This document shows positions 1 through 10,770 of a DNA stretch of 64,000 bases, in pieces. This DNA comes from Chloropicon primus (taxonomy: Eukaryota). The notes beneath the pieces were generated by a model. It was not told the DNA's origin. It saw nothing but the letters and a program-made list of their open reading frames with translations, and searched no databases. The stretch lies in contig CP060757.1 of NCBI GenBank assembly GCA_023205875.1, forward strand, positions 434,001 to 498,000. The letters run 5' to 3'. The position numbers and the translations under genes are program-made. Each line of letters opens with the position of its first letter. The first letter of the stretch is position 1.

Positions 1-1
1 G

Positions 2-316
2 CTCGGGGACGTCGCGGAGGTTGCAGCGATCAAAAAGGTCTTCAGCGACACCTCGCATCTGAAGATGAACGCCACCAAGTCCATGACAGGGCACGCTCTG
101 GGCGCGGCGGGAGGCCTGGAGGCCATCGCCTGCATCAAGGCCATTGAGACTGGAATGCTCCACCCCACGATCAACCTCAAGGACTGCGAGGAGGCCATAG
201 ACATAGACACCTGCGGGAACGGAAAGGTCGAGCTCGAGGTCACGGGGGCCATGTCGAACAGCTTTGGATTCGGAGGGCACAACTCCGTATGCATCTTTGG
301 ACCTTACAAGGAGTAA
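2..316 (+). CDS. Beta-ketoacyl-ACP synthase (plastid KAS I / FabF-type), 3' end only; truncated by window start
   Basis: The frame is open from base 2: LGDVAEVAAIKKVF...MNATKSMTGHALGAAGGLEA...HPTIN...SNSFGFGGHNS, the C-terminal signature of condensing enzymes. Confidence 0.93.
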   Translation, partial: LGDVAEVAAIKKVFSDTSHLKMNATKSMTGHALGAAGGLEAIACIKAIETGMLHPTINLKDCEEAIDIDTCGNGKVELEVTGAMSNSFGFGGHNSVCIFGPYKE

Positions 317-453
317 GCGCAGGGGGGGGGGGCTTGTCCTCCTTCTTGTGCCGCGCCAGGTCCTTGCCGCCCAAGTAAACAATGGAGGAGAATAAAATTT
401 TTAGTGCAATCGTTGAATCACGCTTTTGTGTACAGCTGTATTGTTACAATTAA

Positions 454-2258
454 TCACTTTTCTTTCTTCGCTTCTTCCTCCCCACCGTCCTTTTCTATCT
501 TTTCCTTCTCTTCCGAGTACCCAAACTCGTTTGTCCTGGTCTTGTCCACCCGGTAGATCCACCTCTGATACAGTTGGATCAGGAAGATGACGTCGTCCCT
601 GAAGACCGAGAGCCTGTGCAACGTGGGCATCTTGATCACAAAGGCAAAGAGATCGTCGATGATGGTGTTGAGGAATTTGTACGTCATCTGCCGCCAAGGC
701 AGATGGGCTACGCTCTTCATTCTGTAATTGATGTAGAGCTGAGGGCACATGAGGATGAACCCAAAGGTGTACACCGCGCCAACTAGACTGGAGAGGATCC
801 ACGAGTACCAGCTCTTGTGCGTCTCGTACATCAAGGAATAGCCCGCGTAGCCAGCGACCAGGGGATAAAGCACGTAAGAAAGATACCTACTGGCCTCCTG
901 GTCGTAGGTCTTGGTCTTGCTGGTGGCGTAGCTCTCCCTGTCCTTGATGGTCAAAAAAGGGATGAACCCCTTGAGCATGACCCTCTCGACCTTGCACGCC
1001 TTGGTCACTTTCCAGAATTCGATCATCAGGCCCAGGCCATTGCTGAAGAGAATCAAGGTGCTGGTCTCGTTCTCGAGCAGGTAAAGGAAAATGACAACCT
1101 GGCAGGAGCAATTTATCAGGATGCTCCTTGCAGACAGGCCTTTCATGGATTCGTTCTTGCTCCAGAAGCCGATGTCGCTCTTGAAGGCCAGCATGTCGAA
1201 CACAGTGTGCAGCAGGGAGACGATCGTGGTGAGGGCCAAGAAATACGGGTTTGTCTCCAGGAACATGCGCTTCAGCTCCTCCGCTTGTTTCTTGTTGGAC
1301 AGGCCCATCTTCTCCTGCAATTCCCAGGATTTTTCCATCTGCAAGTATACCGCAGCCTTCCACAGGGGGAGCTCATGAAGCCTGAGAAAGAGAGAGAGAG
1401 AGAGAGGAACGACGCGGTCAGTCCCACACGATTCATTATCGCTGGTTCGCGCGGCATTTGATTTCTCGCTTACCTTATGCCAAGCGTCAGCTTGCTGCTG
1501 GTGGTCTCATTCATTTCGGTCATTTGATCCTCCAAGAGCCAAAAGTTGTGCAGGAAGACGAAGGGAGCGTACGTCTCCGTCTCCTCGTCCTGGCGAAGGA
1601 AAAGGTCGACGGGAGGTTGGACCTGCTGGCCCAGTGGATACACGGCTTCGTGACTCAGGAGAGAAACGGTCAGGTTGCCTTTCCAGTAAGTCGCCATGAC
1701 AGGCGGTCCCGAATCCTTTTCGACCCTGGCCTCCCTCCCTTGATCCACCTCGGACGAGGACATGAGGTTCTGCCCCGCCTTCTCCTGCTTCTTCTCCCTC
1801 CTCTCGGTGAGTGGGTAGGCCAGGGCCAGCTCGCGCATGATGGGCTCGCCGGATGAACTGCTCCCTGCCACGTATTCGACGACACAGACTGCTTGAAGGT
1901 TTGCATTCCTGATCGCAGAGCCTTCCACTTCGATGGAGGCGTAAACGTCCGTGTCCGAGCCAGAGATGAAGGAGGTGTACTCCCAGTGGGGCCGCTGCCC
2001 TCTCAAGTCCCTCAGAGTGTCGGTGAGAAAGACCCTGAGCGTGAGGACGTCGCCCGTGGTCACCGCAGGGCGTATGAGTGGACGAACTTCCCCTTGATCA
2101 CCCCCTTGCCCTTGTCGAGCTGGCGGCTTTATGAAAGCGCGAGTCACCTGAGAAATGAGTACATACACGACGAAGGCTCTCAGCCCGCTCCACAAGAATG
2201 ATCCGACCCCGCCGCCTCCCCCTTGCGAAGCGCTCCCTCCCGCCGCTTGGCCTGCCAT
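454..2258 (-). CDS. CLPTM1 family multi-pass membrane protein, 2 exons (2258-1474, 1381-454)
   Basis: Motifs DMLAFKSDIGFW, PQLYINYRMKSVAHLPW and YKFLNTIIDDLFAFVIKMPTLHRL. Intron 1473-1382 (GTAAGC...ACTGAC...(CT)n...CAG) joins the two ORFs in frame as GIR-LHELPLWK. Confidence 0.92.
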
Positions 2259-2431
2259 CCCGCTGCTGCCCCGCTCTCGCTCTGGCGTTCCCCGGCTGAC
2301 TGACAGATCAGGTTCCTCTGGAGAGCCAGAGTCTCGAGCTCGCCCTCCGCCGCGGCCTCGATGCATTGCAAGGAGAGGAGTGTGTGTGTGAGTGAGAGAG
2401 ATGCGATGAAGAGGTGCATTGCTGTTAGAGA

Positions 2432-4057
2432 TTATTGAGATGGCACGAACTTGCCGTTAGCGACCTTGTACTCTGGCATTTCGACCTTCAGTTTCTTCGC
2501 ATATTTTGTGACCACGTGGACCTCCTTGCCCGAGGGAACGGATATCACCACCCCCCTGGTGTTGCCCCGCCCCGTCCTACCAGCCCGGTGAATGTAGTGG
2601 CTCAGATCCATCGGCATGTCCATGTTAACAACGCAGTCGCACCCCGGGAAGTCGAGGCCCCTCGTCGCAGCCTCCGATGCGACCAGGGCCCTGATATCCC
2701 CGCGCGTGAATTGCTGGATGATTTTTCTCTTTTGCTCCTTCTTCATCTTTCCGTCGAGGATGCCGGTCGTAATCTCCCCAGTCGACAGTTTCGCCGCAGT
2801 CTGAGAGAGCTGGTTGCTGAAGTTGTGGAACACCAAAACTTTGGTGGGCTTGAGGGCGTTGATGCACCGTCGCACCGTGTCAGCTTTCCTGTTCTTCTGC
2901 GTCGGAACGAAGCAGTGGTCCAGGTTGGGGGAAAGCTCTGGGAGGTGAGGCTCTTGAATTCCGCTGCCGCCCTCTGCACCAAGAACGAAGGCATCGAAGT
3001 CGCTCTGGTCGCCAACCTCGCCCTCTTCGGCTCCCTTCGTGCCCCCCCTCGTGTGGGTCAGGTGACTGTACTGGGACGGGATCCAGCCCCTCCTCGTGAA
3101 TAGACTTGCGGTGGACTTGGACATGGTCGCGGAGCACAGGACTCTGTAGTGCCTGGGATTCTTCTTGCCGATGTGGATCTGCAGCATCTCTAGGTCCTTG
3201 CTGTAATTGTCCTGCAGGAGCTTGTCGGCCTCGTCCAGGACCAGAGTGGTGACGAAGTGAGTCTGCAGCTGGCCCGCCTTGGAGAGATCTGCAAGCCTCC
3301 CCGGCGTTCCCACGACGATCCTTGGAGAGTTCGCCTTAAGCGCAGCGACCTGCCGCTTCTTGTTCGCTCCGCCGATGCACTGGGCCACCATTCTCTTGTT
3401 CTCCTCCCCCAAGACTAACTGGGCCACTCGGTAGATCTGCATGGCAAGCTCCTGGGACGGAACCACCACCAGGGCGTAGATCCCCTTCTTTCCCTTGGCT
3501 CCCTCCCCGTCCTTCTCGCGGAGGAGATCGTTCACAATCGGTAGCAGGTAAGCCAGAGTCTTTCCCGACCCGGTGTACGCCTCGATGGCATACGCACTCG
3601 TGCTGTCCAGACCCATGGTCTCGCTCTCCTCCTCGAGATCTTTCCGCGCGCTTCTGTTGACGAGAGCGGACACGGATTCCCTCTGGATGGGCGTGGGATC
3701 CACCACGCCGAGGTCCCTCAGGCGCCTCACCAGGTCAGAGTCCAGGCCCAGCTCCGAGAACCCCGCACCCCTGCTGCTGGATGCTGCTGAGGTTGCTGAC
3801 CCTCCAGCTGCAACGCAAACCCCGCGCACGCGAGCGTCAAACCAGGGGGATCTCGCCCCAGCCCTCTCCAGGCCGAACCTCCCCGCGAAGCCCCCCCCCC
3901 TCGGCCCGTGCTCTCCCCTTGGGCACAGGCAATGCGTCCTCGTCCTCGTCGTCGAAGTGGATAAGAAAGCCACGAGGCTTCTTGTCCTCGTCTGGGCCTG
4001 GGCCTTCGTCGCCGCCCACCGGGAAGGTGTTGTCCTCCACGAGGGAAGAGACCGCAT
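2432..4057 (-). CDS. Organelle-targeted DEAD-box RNA helicase, RH47/ISE1-like
   Basis: PTPIQ, AYTGSGKT, PSQELAMQI, GGANKKRQ, GTPGRL, DEAD, SAT, RGLD and HRAGRTGR motifs; R/S/T-rich N-terminal transit-like peptide. Confidence 0.92.
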   Translation of the reverse strand: MRSLPSWRTTPSRWAATKAQAQTRTRSLVAFLSTSTTRTRTHCLCPRGEHGPRGGGFAGRFGLERAGARSPWFDARVRGVCVAAGGSATSAASSSRGAGFSELGLDSDLVRRLRDLGVVDPTPIQRESVSALVNRSARKDLEEESETMGLDSTSAYAIEAYTGSGKTLAYLLPIVNDLLREKDGEGAKGKKGIYALVVVPSQELAMQIYRVAQLVLGEENKRMVAQCIGGANKKRQVAALKANSPRIVVGTPGRLADLSKAGQLQTHFVTTLVLDEADKLLQDNYSKDLEMLQIHIGKKNPRHYRVLCSATMSKSTASLFTRRGWIPSQYSHLTHTRGGTKGAEEGEVGDQSDFDAFVLGAEGGSGIQEPHLPELSPNLDHCFVPTQKNRKADTVRRCINALKPTKVLVFHNFSNQLSQTAAKLSTGEITTGILDGKMKKEQKRKIIQQFTRGDIRALVASEAATRGLDFPGCDCVVNMDMPMDLSHYIHRAGRTGRGNTRGVVISVPSGKEVHVVTKYAKKLKVEMPEYKVANGKFVPSQ

Positions 4058-4204
4058 GACGGACTTGGTCCCAAACTCTAATAACAGTGATTGCGCGCTC
4101 CTCGGCCGCCAGCGCGCGCGCGAGGTCCTGTCCTTCCCCAGCTTTTTGCTTTTGGGGGGGAAGCAAAAAAGTCATCGGATCGGATGGCTTGAAACGGATG
4201 TTGA

Positions 4205-6871
4205 TTACAGGACGTTGACAAGGAATCCCCTGATGAAGTCGGCCCTCCTCTTGAGGATGTCGTTGTAACCGAGGGTTCCCTCCTGGGACAAAGGTCCCGT
4301 GGAAGCGATTTCGTAAGTGAGGAAGACGCTGGCGAGAGTCGCGGACAACACCTCCACCGTCAGACCGTTCCCCTTGGCATTCCCCTTCTTCAAGACGTCC
4401 CTGAAGAACTTCATGAGGTACAAGAACGTTCCATACGAAGTCTTCGACATGCTGTTGCGCAGAAGATCGAGGGAGGCCATGCTGTCCGGCACGCAGAGAG
4501 AGCAGACGTCGGCCACTTGCTTGGGCAGGAGCGGCTCGGGAAAGCTCGTCAAGTACATCAGAAGCACGAGGGAGGCATCCACAGGGCCAACAGAGGCAGG
4601 GATAGCGCTGTCCGTATCCATGGCTTCCCTGGTAACCTCGATGGTCTCGAAGCTAGGGTAGGACGGAGAGATGACCAGGTTGGGCATCCGCAGGCCCCGG
4701 CCACCGTTGCTCTTTGCAATGTACTGCACTAAATTCTGGAGCTCGAGGGGCACTATCGGAACGAATTCAAAAGGATCCCCGCCCCGGTCGTCTTCACCAG
4801 GCTCTTCCTTTGGCCCCCCGCCTTCTCTCCCCCGCCCCTCTAAGCTCAGCATGCATTTCAGCTTGTCGTCTTCACCCTCACACTGGAGCTTCACTTTGAC
4901 CATAGCCTCCTCCGCAGCGGCGATCTCACCCGGCCTGGGCCCAGAGCCAGTGCCAGTTGAAGAGGAGGCGTACTGACTCTTTAGTCTTTCAACTCGCTCG
5001 CTGTTATAAGGCTTTCGCTCGCAAAGCCGATCAGGAGTGACGCCGAAGCACGAGAATTTGTACGTCCCGGTGATGCTGATGAACTTGTCGCCCGAACCAG
5101 CGACGCTCATGACGAGAATCGTTTCCAAGGAATCGCCCCTCATTGTCCCCGCAGAGCCGCCAATGCCGCCATCGAGATGAACTGTCAGCACGATTTCAGA
5201 AGTTTTACCGACCGAGACTTTCCCTTGGACCGGCTGGACCTCCAACCAGTCCGGCTTGTCCCCAGTGACGCTCAGATGCCAGTGCGCATCCACGGGGCCC
5301 GTGTTGGCAAGCTCCGCCACCTGCGTGACCTTCTTGTCGAACTTCACCACTCCGAAGTCAAAGAACTGGTTGGAAAGCTCGAGCTGGGGCCTTCCCTCCA
5401 TCTCCTTAAGGTCGGCCAGCCTCCTGGCCTTGTGGATGGCACTGTCCAGCTCTTCCTCCAGGTACTGGTGCATGCTGACCATGAACCCGCCGAAAACGGG
5501 TTTGTGGTCTGAGATCTTGACGTCAGCCACGTCGCTGTAGCCAAAGAGCTTTATCGGCTTGGTAGCTTTCCAAAGGATCCTGTCGCACCAGGCCGGTGAC
5601 CTCTTCTTTTGAGGCTTCTTGTCCCCGTCCTCCTCGCCCTCCTCGCTAGCCTTCGCTAGGCTTTCCTCCCCGCTCGCTCCGACGTAAGTGTTGGTTCCCA
5701 CGATATACTTGAAGGTCGGTGGAAAGGTGATCTCCCCTTCGTTCCAACCGTGCAGGATCTCCTTTCTTTGCATGCCCTGGGCAAGCTGGTCCGACTCCAG
5801 TAGGCTCATGTGGGATCCCTGATGGATCAAGTGCCTGATGTGATCCTCCTCCGCGTTGAGCCTGAAGTTCAAGTCGCCAAAAAGGAAGCAGAAATCCGAG
5901 TCCAAGATGTTGTAGTGGGACTCCAGATCAGAGTGAGAGGCCAGCGTGCTCTTCTGGAAGATGTGGCCCATGTCCCAGTACCTCCTCTGCCTGTCCTGGT
6001 CCGACTCCCCCGAGGACAAGTGCACGCAAATGAAGCTTATGTAGGTGTCCCAGACCCTCAGCCTGATGCTGACCGAGCCCTTGTTGCCAAGCAGCCTCAT
6101 CACGCCGCAGCTCACGGAGACAACTTCCTTTTGCTCCACCGCTGTCATCAGCTCACTCTTCACCCAGATGGTCAAGTAGACCCCCACCAGTGATTTGGCC
6201 ATGATTGGAAGATACTTCCTTGTTGACTTGGATGCGATGATGTCTTGCACGCCCGCACCGTTCTGGAAGAAGGCCTCCGCCTCTTCCTTCGTGGTGCCAT
6301 TCAAGGCTTGGTCTATCTTGCACTCCCACCCGAACAGGGAGGCGTTGTTGTCCGCAATCAGGACATTGCTCGCCGTGAGCGGCATGATCTCCTGGAACCC
6401 TATCGCATAGATGTCCACCTCTCCACCGGCCAGGAGCCACTTGGATATGCCCCCGTCGTCCTCCTTCGGGGGGGGCTTGCCGTTCACGTTGAACGTGGTG
6501 CACCACAACCTGACGTTGTGGGCCTTGGTGTAGCTTTTCCTGTCCTCCTCGCCGAGGGCCAAAAACTGTTCCCTCACCAGGGGTCCAACGCCCACCTGAG
6601 CGAGGAGCTGCTCCATCCTGACATCTACTTTGGAGTTCGCCGAATCAATCCCCCCATCGTCGTCCCCCGCAGCCTCGTCCCCCCCGCAGTCCACCCACTC
6701 CTCCTCCTCCCCTGACTCCTCCGTCCCTGTCCCCACCCCACCACTCTCCCCTCTCCCCTCGCTCTCCTCCTTCTCATCCTGAGACCTCGCCGATGACCCA
6801 CTCGACCCCGACGCGCTGCTTTGGATGAAAGCCTTCGTCTTCTTGTACAACTTCTTCGTCTTCTTAAACAT
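4205..6871 (-). CDS. Inositol polyphosphate 5-phosphatase with ASH and RhoGAP-like domains (OCRL/INPP5B-like)
   Basis: 5-phosphatase motifs TFNVNG, IGFQEI, GNKG, GDLNFR, PPTFKY, PAWCDRIL and SDHKPV; then an Ig-like ASH segment (FDFGVVKF...LANTGPV...WLEVQP) and a RhoGAP-like tail (VPLELQNLVQYI...LTSFPEPLLP...LSATLASVFL). ATG 6871 chosen because the upstream ORF extension is microsatellite. Confidence 0.88.
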   Translation of the reverse strand: MFKKTKKLYKKTKAFIQSSASGSSGSSARSQDEKEESEGRGESGGVGTGTEESGEEEEWVDCGGDEAAGDDDGGIDSANSKVDVRMEQLLAQVGVGPLVREQFLALGEEDRKSYTKAHNVRLWCTTFNVNGKPPPKEDDGGISKWLLAGGEVDIYAIGFQEIMPLTASNVLIADNNASLFGWECKIDQALNGTTKEEAEAFFQNGAGVQDIIASKSTRKYLPIMAKSLVGVYLTIWVKSELMTAVEQKEVVSVSCGVMRLLGNKGSVSIRLRVWDTYISFICVHLSSGESDQDRQRRYWDMGHIFQKSTLASHSDLESHYNILDSDFCFLFGDLNFRLNAEEDHIRHLIHQGSHMSLLESDQLAQGMQRKEILHGWNEGEITFPPTFKYIVGTNTYVGASGEESLAKASEEGEEDGDKKPQKKRSPAWCDRILWKATKPIKLFGYSDVADVKISDHKPVFGGFMVSMHQYLEEELDSAIHKARRLADLKEMEGRPQLELSNQFFDFGVVKFDKKVTQVAELANTGPVDAHWHLSVTGDKPDWLEVQPVQGKVSVGKTSEIVLTVHLDGGIGGSAGTMRGDSLETILVMSVAGSGDKFISITGTYKFSCFGVTPDRLCERKPYNSERVERLKSQYASSSTGTGSGPRPGEIAAAEEAMVKVKLQCEGEDDKLKCMLSLEGRGREGGGPKEEPGEDDRGGDPFEFVPIVPLELQNLVQYIAKSNGGRGLRMPNLVISPSYPSFETIEVTREAMDTDSAIPASVGPVDASLVLLMYLTSFPEPLLPKQVADVCSLCVPDSMASLDLLRNSMSKTSYGTFLYLMKFFRDVLKKGNAKGNGLTVEVLSATLASVFLTYEIASTGPLSQEGTLGYNDILKRRADFIRGFLVNVL

Positions 6872-7291
6872 GGTCACCCTCAACCCAACCCACTCCCTCC
6901 TCTGCCTCCTTCGACACACGGAGCGGAGCTCCCTACAACTTCTTCCTCGAGAGGCCAAACCTGTCGACCAAGGTAGCGTTGGAAACCTCGTAAGAAGCAC
7001 TTTCGTGTGGTATTGTCCCCTCGTAGTCTCCCCCTCCCTCCCTCCAACAGAACCTCCCTCTCTACCTTCGCTCCACTCCACTCCCCTCGTCTCTGGCGCC
7101 AGAAAAGGGAAGAGAGAGAGAGAGAGAGAGGAGGCGCCAAAGGTGGACGGACTCTTCGGAGAGGACAGAGAGGGAGGACACACACACAGAGAGAGAGAGA
7201 GAGAGGAAGGGGATTCGCTCGAGTTGAACCGATCGAAGGGGAATTGAATTGAGCAGCGGTTTTTTGGGGGGGGAGGGGAGGGAGGGGCAGG

Positions 7292-9064
7292 ATGTGGGCG
7301 AGGGTGGTGAGACCTGCGGTGGTGGTGAGATATTATTTCTCAAGGGCATTGGGGAGGGAGACGCCTGGGGTCGGGTGGGAGAGGCTCGTTGGCGTGGATT
7401 CGTCAGGCCTGGGACTTGGGGCAAAGGGTTGGCGCGCGAGTGTTAACCACTACGGAGGAGCCGTGGTGGCGAGCGCTGGTGTTGGTGCGTCCGCCTTCAA
7501 CGAGGGTAGCATCAAGCAGAAAGCCTTCCAAAAGGAGTTGAGCAGGAAAATTTACAGGTCGTACCCCGCCACGGTGGAGCTCTACGAGAGATGGAAGCAT
7601 GGCGACCAGCTCAGCGACAAGGAGAGGGAGTTGTACGGGGAGTTCAACCCAAGCACATCAATCTTTAATTACTACCTGCGTGCCAAGTGCCACTGCACCA
7701 AGGATATCGAGGAGGTCATCGCATTGGTGAAGGAGGCCAAGGAGATGGATGGGGTGTTTGTGTCGTCCAAGACTTTTTCCGTGCTCATTGGCTTTTCCGT
7801 GAGGCACGGGGTGATGGCGAAGCTGTTCGCAAGCGGCCTGATAGACAAGGAGGACAGCAGGACGTACTTTGAGTACTTTCTTAGGAGCGTGTCCACGTGC
7901 CTGTACCACCAAAAGCTGAGGCAGGCGATCGTCTTGTTCGAGAAGGAGCAGGAGCACATCTTCGAAGTACTGAAGAGGGACGATGACACGATCTCGAAGC
8001 AGAAGAGGCAGCAGTACGAGAAGCTGAAGAACGAGTTCGTGCTCATCGCCTTGAACCTCGAGGCCTGGGGCGCTCTGGGCAAGCTCCTTTCGATTCTGGA
8101 CGGCAGGGGCGACACCCCCCTGGCCTACGAGACGGTGTGCCAGATCGTCACAAAGTCCGCCTACAAGGGACACATGCTGCTGAAGAAGGGGATGAAGCTG
8201 CTGTGGCAATACGAGCAGCAAGGGAAGGAGGTGAAGCTAGACTATGGGACGGCTTACTACCTGCTCGCGAACACTACCGGCAACAGAAGCATCCATTACT
8301 ACAGCAGGGTGAAGATAGCCGATTGGGTCTGGGACAAGGTACAGCCGCTGACCAGCGACGTGCCCCTGGCTCTGTTCTACGCTCGCATCAATTCTCATTC
8401 CCAGGGGAAAGACTTCCTGAAGAGCTTGGATGTGCTGTCGTCCTTGGATAAGCTCCATCCGAATTCTGCGGACACGTACCAGATGCAGATGCTGACCACC
8501 AAGCTCTCGGGCCTCAAGATAGACTTGCCCAACGATAACCCGAACAAGTTTGCGGACTGCATTCCAACGCTAGACAGTGTGTTTGACCGTCTGCTTCAGA
8601 GGCGAGAGGAAGGCCACGATGTGACCGCGTCCTGCATAAATGCCTTGATAGCAGCTTGCGGCAAAGCCAAGGAGATGGGAAGGGCTTTCGAGACGTTCGA
8701 AATGTTTGAGGAACTTGGTCTGGAGCCCGACATCCACTCTTACACGTTGCTCATGGACGTGTGCTTGACAAACAGGAGGTTCGACGCCGTGCTGAAGATG
8801 GCCGAGGAGATTGAGAGCAAGGGTTTGCAATTCACGGCCAGGACCGGCGAGCTCCTGGTCTTGACTGCTTTGAAGATGCGTGATCCCTATCTCCTGAACG
8901 ACTTCCTGAAACTCTACCAGAAGCAAGGGATGAGCATGACTGAGAAACTCATGGAGCAGATCGAGTACTTTCTGGGAAAGTATGAAGAGAAGAACGAAGA
9001 TGAGAAGTACGAGATCGAAGCGGTCCTCGAGAACATAGAGGAATTGACCACAGCCACCGAATAA
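7292..9064 (+). CDS. Pentatricopeptide repeat (PPR) protein, organelle-targeted
   Basis: Clear PPR motifs near the C-terminus (CINALIAACGKAKEMGRAFETFEMFEELGLEPD / HSYTLLMDVC...ESKGL); Arg-rich N-terminus. Confidence 0.8.
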   Translation: MWARVVRPAVVVRYYFSRALGRETPGVGWERLVGVDSSGLGLGAKGWRASVNHYGGAVVASAGVGASAFNEGSIKQKAFQKELSRKIYRSYPATVELYERWKHGDQLSDKERELYGEFNPSTSIFNYYLRAKCHCTKDIEEVIALVKEAKEMDGVFVSSKTFSVLIGFSVRHGVMAKLFASGLIDKEDSRTYFEYFLRSVSTCLYHQKLRQAIVLFEKEQEHIFEVLKRDDDTISKQKRQQYEKLKNEFVLIALNLEAWGALGKLLSILDGRGDTPLAYETVCQIVTKSAYKGHMLLKKGMKLLWQYEQQGKEVKLDYGTAYYLLANTTGNRSIHYYSRVKIADWVWDKVQPLTSDVPLALFYARINSHSQGKDFLKSLDVLSSLDKLHPNSADTYQMQMLTTKLSGLKIDLPNDNPNKFADCIPTLDSVFDRLLQRREEGHDVTASCINALIAACGKAKEMGRAFETFEMFEELGLEPDIHSYTLLMDVCLTNRRFDAVLKMAEEIESKGLQFTARTGELLVLTALKMRDPYLLNDFLKLYQKQGMSMTEKLMEQIEYFLGKYEEKNEDEKYEIEAVLENIEELTTATE

Positions 9065-9145
9065 AACCAAAACTTTGCACTGGGGAACCTGTTGTAATAT
9101 TTACACACACACACACCAACTGGCGAGGACTTGACCCCATCATCA

Positions 9146-10421
9146 TCATCCATGCGACGAGGAGCTTAGATCCACCCTTCGCCTCTTTGCCCCTTCACCT
9201 GACCTCGCCCTGTCGCGCCGTAGGAGCTGGCTTATAATGCCGCCCTCTGCATTGACGTACAAGTCTTCCAAGAAGCAGTTGCTTCCGGCGTAGGGCTCCT
9301 GTTGAAAGTACTTGTGGTCCAGCGCCTCTGCGGCAGTTATCCGTTTGCTTGGGTCGTAGTCGAGCATCCTTTTCAGCAACGCCAAGGCCTGGTCGTCCTT
9401 TCCGAGCGCAAGCATGGTCTCCAGCTTTCTTGCCTTCCCCCTCGGTGGCTTGTAGTCCGCAATACCGTCCGTGTTGTGCTTCCAGTGATGGATGTCCCGC
9501 CTTGGAAGAATTGAAAGAATAGGAAGCGAGCGAGGCCCGTTCGTTCGTCAGAGAGACACGGCCGCACGTACCCGAAAGGGTGGTCGAGAAGCACACTTAC
9601 CATTTTCCCGCAGTGGGTCTTCCGAGAATGTTTATGATTCTCTCCATTTGCTTGACCTGGAACTTGTTCTGGGGTCTCTGCTCCGAGTGGAAAAGAGGTC
9701 TCAAGCGCAGAAGCTCTCCGAAGAGGCAGCCGATAGCCCACACGTCGACCGCGGGGGTATAGTGCTGGGCACCCAGGAGAAGCTCCGGCGCACGATACCA
9801 GAGCGTCACCACGACCCCGTTCGCCTTCAGCAGGTGCTGCAGCGGTTTCTTGAAAATCCTCGCCGAGCCAAAGTCTGCGATCTTCGCCCTGCCCTCCTTG
9901 GCATCCAAAAGAATGTTCGAGGGCTTCAGATCCCGGTGCATGACCCAGTTGGAGTGGAGGTAATCCGCTCCCCTCAGGATCTGCCAAAGCAAGGACTTCA
10001 CCGTGTACGCCGGGATGGACCGCTTCTGGGCAAGGTGGTGCCTAATCAGCTGCTGCAGATCGCTGGCACACTTCTCGTACGAGAGGAAGACGCGCTGCTC
10101 AGCCCGAGCCACGTGGACCTCTTTCAGCCGAACGACGTTCTCGTGGCACAGCTCCCTCAGCAAGCCAATCTCCCTTATAGCCGCAGTGCACACGCCGTTC
10201 TTGCCCTTCGTCTTGTACGCCTTGACGGCGTACCTTCCCCCCTCCTCGTCCTTGGACTCCACGACGTATACGACCCCCTCTGAACCCTCGCCCATCTTTC
10301 CCACGAGCACGTTGTTCCCTTTAAGACACCGCAGGAGGACCTCCTTGCACTTCTCCTGTTCCTCCCTCGCCAGGGCCTCCGCCCCCGACCTCTTCCTCCT
10401 CTCCTCCACTGCTCCGACCAT
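9146..10421 (-). CDS. CDKE: Cyclin-dependent kinase E / CDK8-type Mediator kinase, 2 exons (10421-9601, 9500-9146)
   Basis: CTAAIRE (SPTAIRE-like), HRDLKPSNIL, DFG and NGVVVTLWYRAPELLLGAQHYT. Intron 9600-9501 (GTAAGT...AAG) joins GKW-RDIHHW to the DYDPSKRITAAEAL exon in frame. Confidence 0.88.
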
Positions 10422-10770
10422 CCTCTCTTCTGTCACTCCAGGCGCGGGAAACTTCAGCCTTTTGCTGGGGGGAGAGAAACGGCTCAGTGGAGTGACGAGA
10501 GCGAGAGCGCCGAGGGCAATGGCAAGCAATTGCGTGTAGCCGAGAGGGTGGGGGGATCCAAGGCAGGACCCCGCCGTCCCGCTCCAGCTTGTGCTGCGAC
10601 TCTGTGAGAGGACCGAAAGAGATGAAAAAGTTGGATGGATTGCATTGTTGAAACGCTTGGGGTCTAAATCGAGGACGATCGATCCGCGATGAGGTTTACA
10701 CGGCGCCAAGCAAGGAACCGCGAGGGTGCGCCGTCCCACCCCATTACCCACCTCGACGACTGTGTGTTTA

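Noticed and set aside
6872..7183. N-terminal extension of the 5-phosphatase ORF
   Set aside because: Non-ATG start running through (CT)n microsatellite leader sequence.
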